Source: a virus (taxonomy: Duplodnaviria; Caudoviricetes). Taken from it: 39,603 bases of DNA. The stretch covers positions 1-39,603 of IMG/VR virus record IMGVR_UViG_3300020183_000194; one strand, written 5' to 3'. Both the position numbers and the translations under genes were made by a program. A model generated the notes under the pieces. It was not told where the DNA came from. It was given only the letters and a program-made list of their open reading frames with translations, and did not search any database. Each line of letters starts with the position of its first letter. Within the stretch, counting starts at the first letter, position 1. Positions 39,490 to 39,603 of this stretch are shown here, in pieces.

Positions 39490-39603
39490 ATGTCAACAGA
39501 TTTCATGAGTTTACACAGACCAGGTATAGGTAATGCTGCCAGCTATCAAGTATCTGGAAAACCATTTGCTACTTCTTCACTTGCCGTTCCCGCTAGCGGT
39601 TCA
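39490..39603 (+). CDS. Hypothetical structural protein (3' partial; not in ORF track)
   Basis: MSTDFMSLHRPGIGNAASYQVSGKPFATSSLAVPASGS runs off the window end, with promoter motif and SD upstream. Confidence 0.75.
   Translation, partial: MSTDFMSLHRPGIGNAASYQVSGKPFATSSLAVPASGS

Larger units (their letters stand above)
1..39603 (+). other. Segment of a large myovirus-like (T4-type baseplate) phage genome
   Basis: Co-oriented, overlapping or abutting ORFs include gp25, gp6-like wedge, KGT-motif gp7/gpI-like wedge, HxH spike and gp55-like sigma factor. No host housekeeping genes are present. Confidence 0.9.

Noticed and set aside
439-39496. Short minus-strand ORFs and the nested + ORF at 17912-18094
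   Set aside because: All lie within longer, motif-bearing + strand genes and show no recognisable domains; they are shadow ORFs.
1-39603. Stop-codon reassignment as in some large phages
   Set aside because: Genes up to 6.7 kb are open in the standard code, and TAA, TGA and TAG all end genes directly before the next SD or start.

Overview
A very AT-rich (roughly 27% GC by eye), densely packed segment in which every credible gene is on the + strand. It is best explained as part of a large, T4-like contractile-tailed phage genome read in the standard genetic code. 1-2482 is the end of a glycan-modification cluster: a glycosyltransferase-like gene, an N-terminally truncated SAM methyltransferase, UDP-galactopyranose mutase and a PMI-type cupin. 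2484-4295 holds small genes, an FmdB zinc ribbon and a gp55-like late sigma factor. 4297-39603 is a baseplate/tail module: a hub protein with a Cys/His peptidoglycan hydrolase, an HxH spike, a 2161-aa unknown, gp25, gp6-like and gp7-like wedges, DNRLRE, LamG and beta-propeller proteins, and two pairs of paralogous tail-collar-like proteins. The most notable observations are: (1) a [S/T]-[G/A/S]-S tripeptide enriched about tenfold in a subset of virion proteins next to sugar enzymes (candidate virion glycosylation system); (2) a recurring CTATTTAT late-promoter motif, one copy inside a hairpin; (3) an eroded TnsA/gp4-like endonuclease relic in the only long intergenic gap; (4) strong CCGG over-representation. 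All calls come from reading motifs and hand counts; no searches were run. No tRNA, rRNA, CRISPR array, capsid, portal or sheath gene was recognised.
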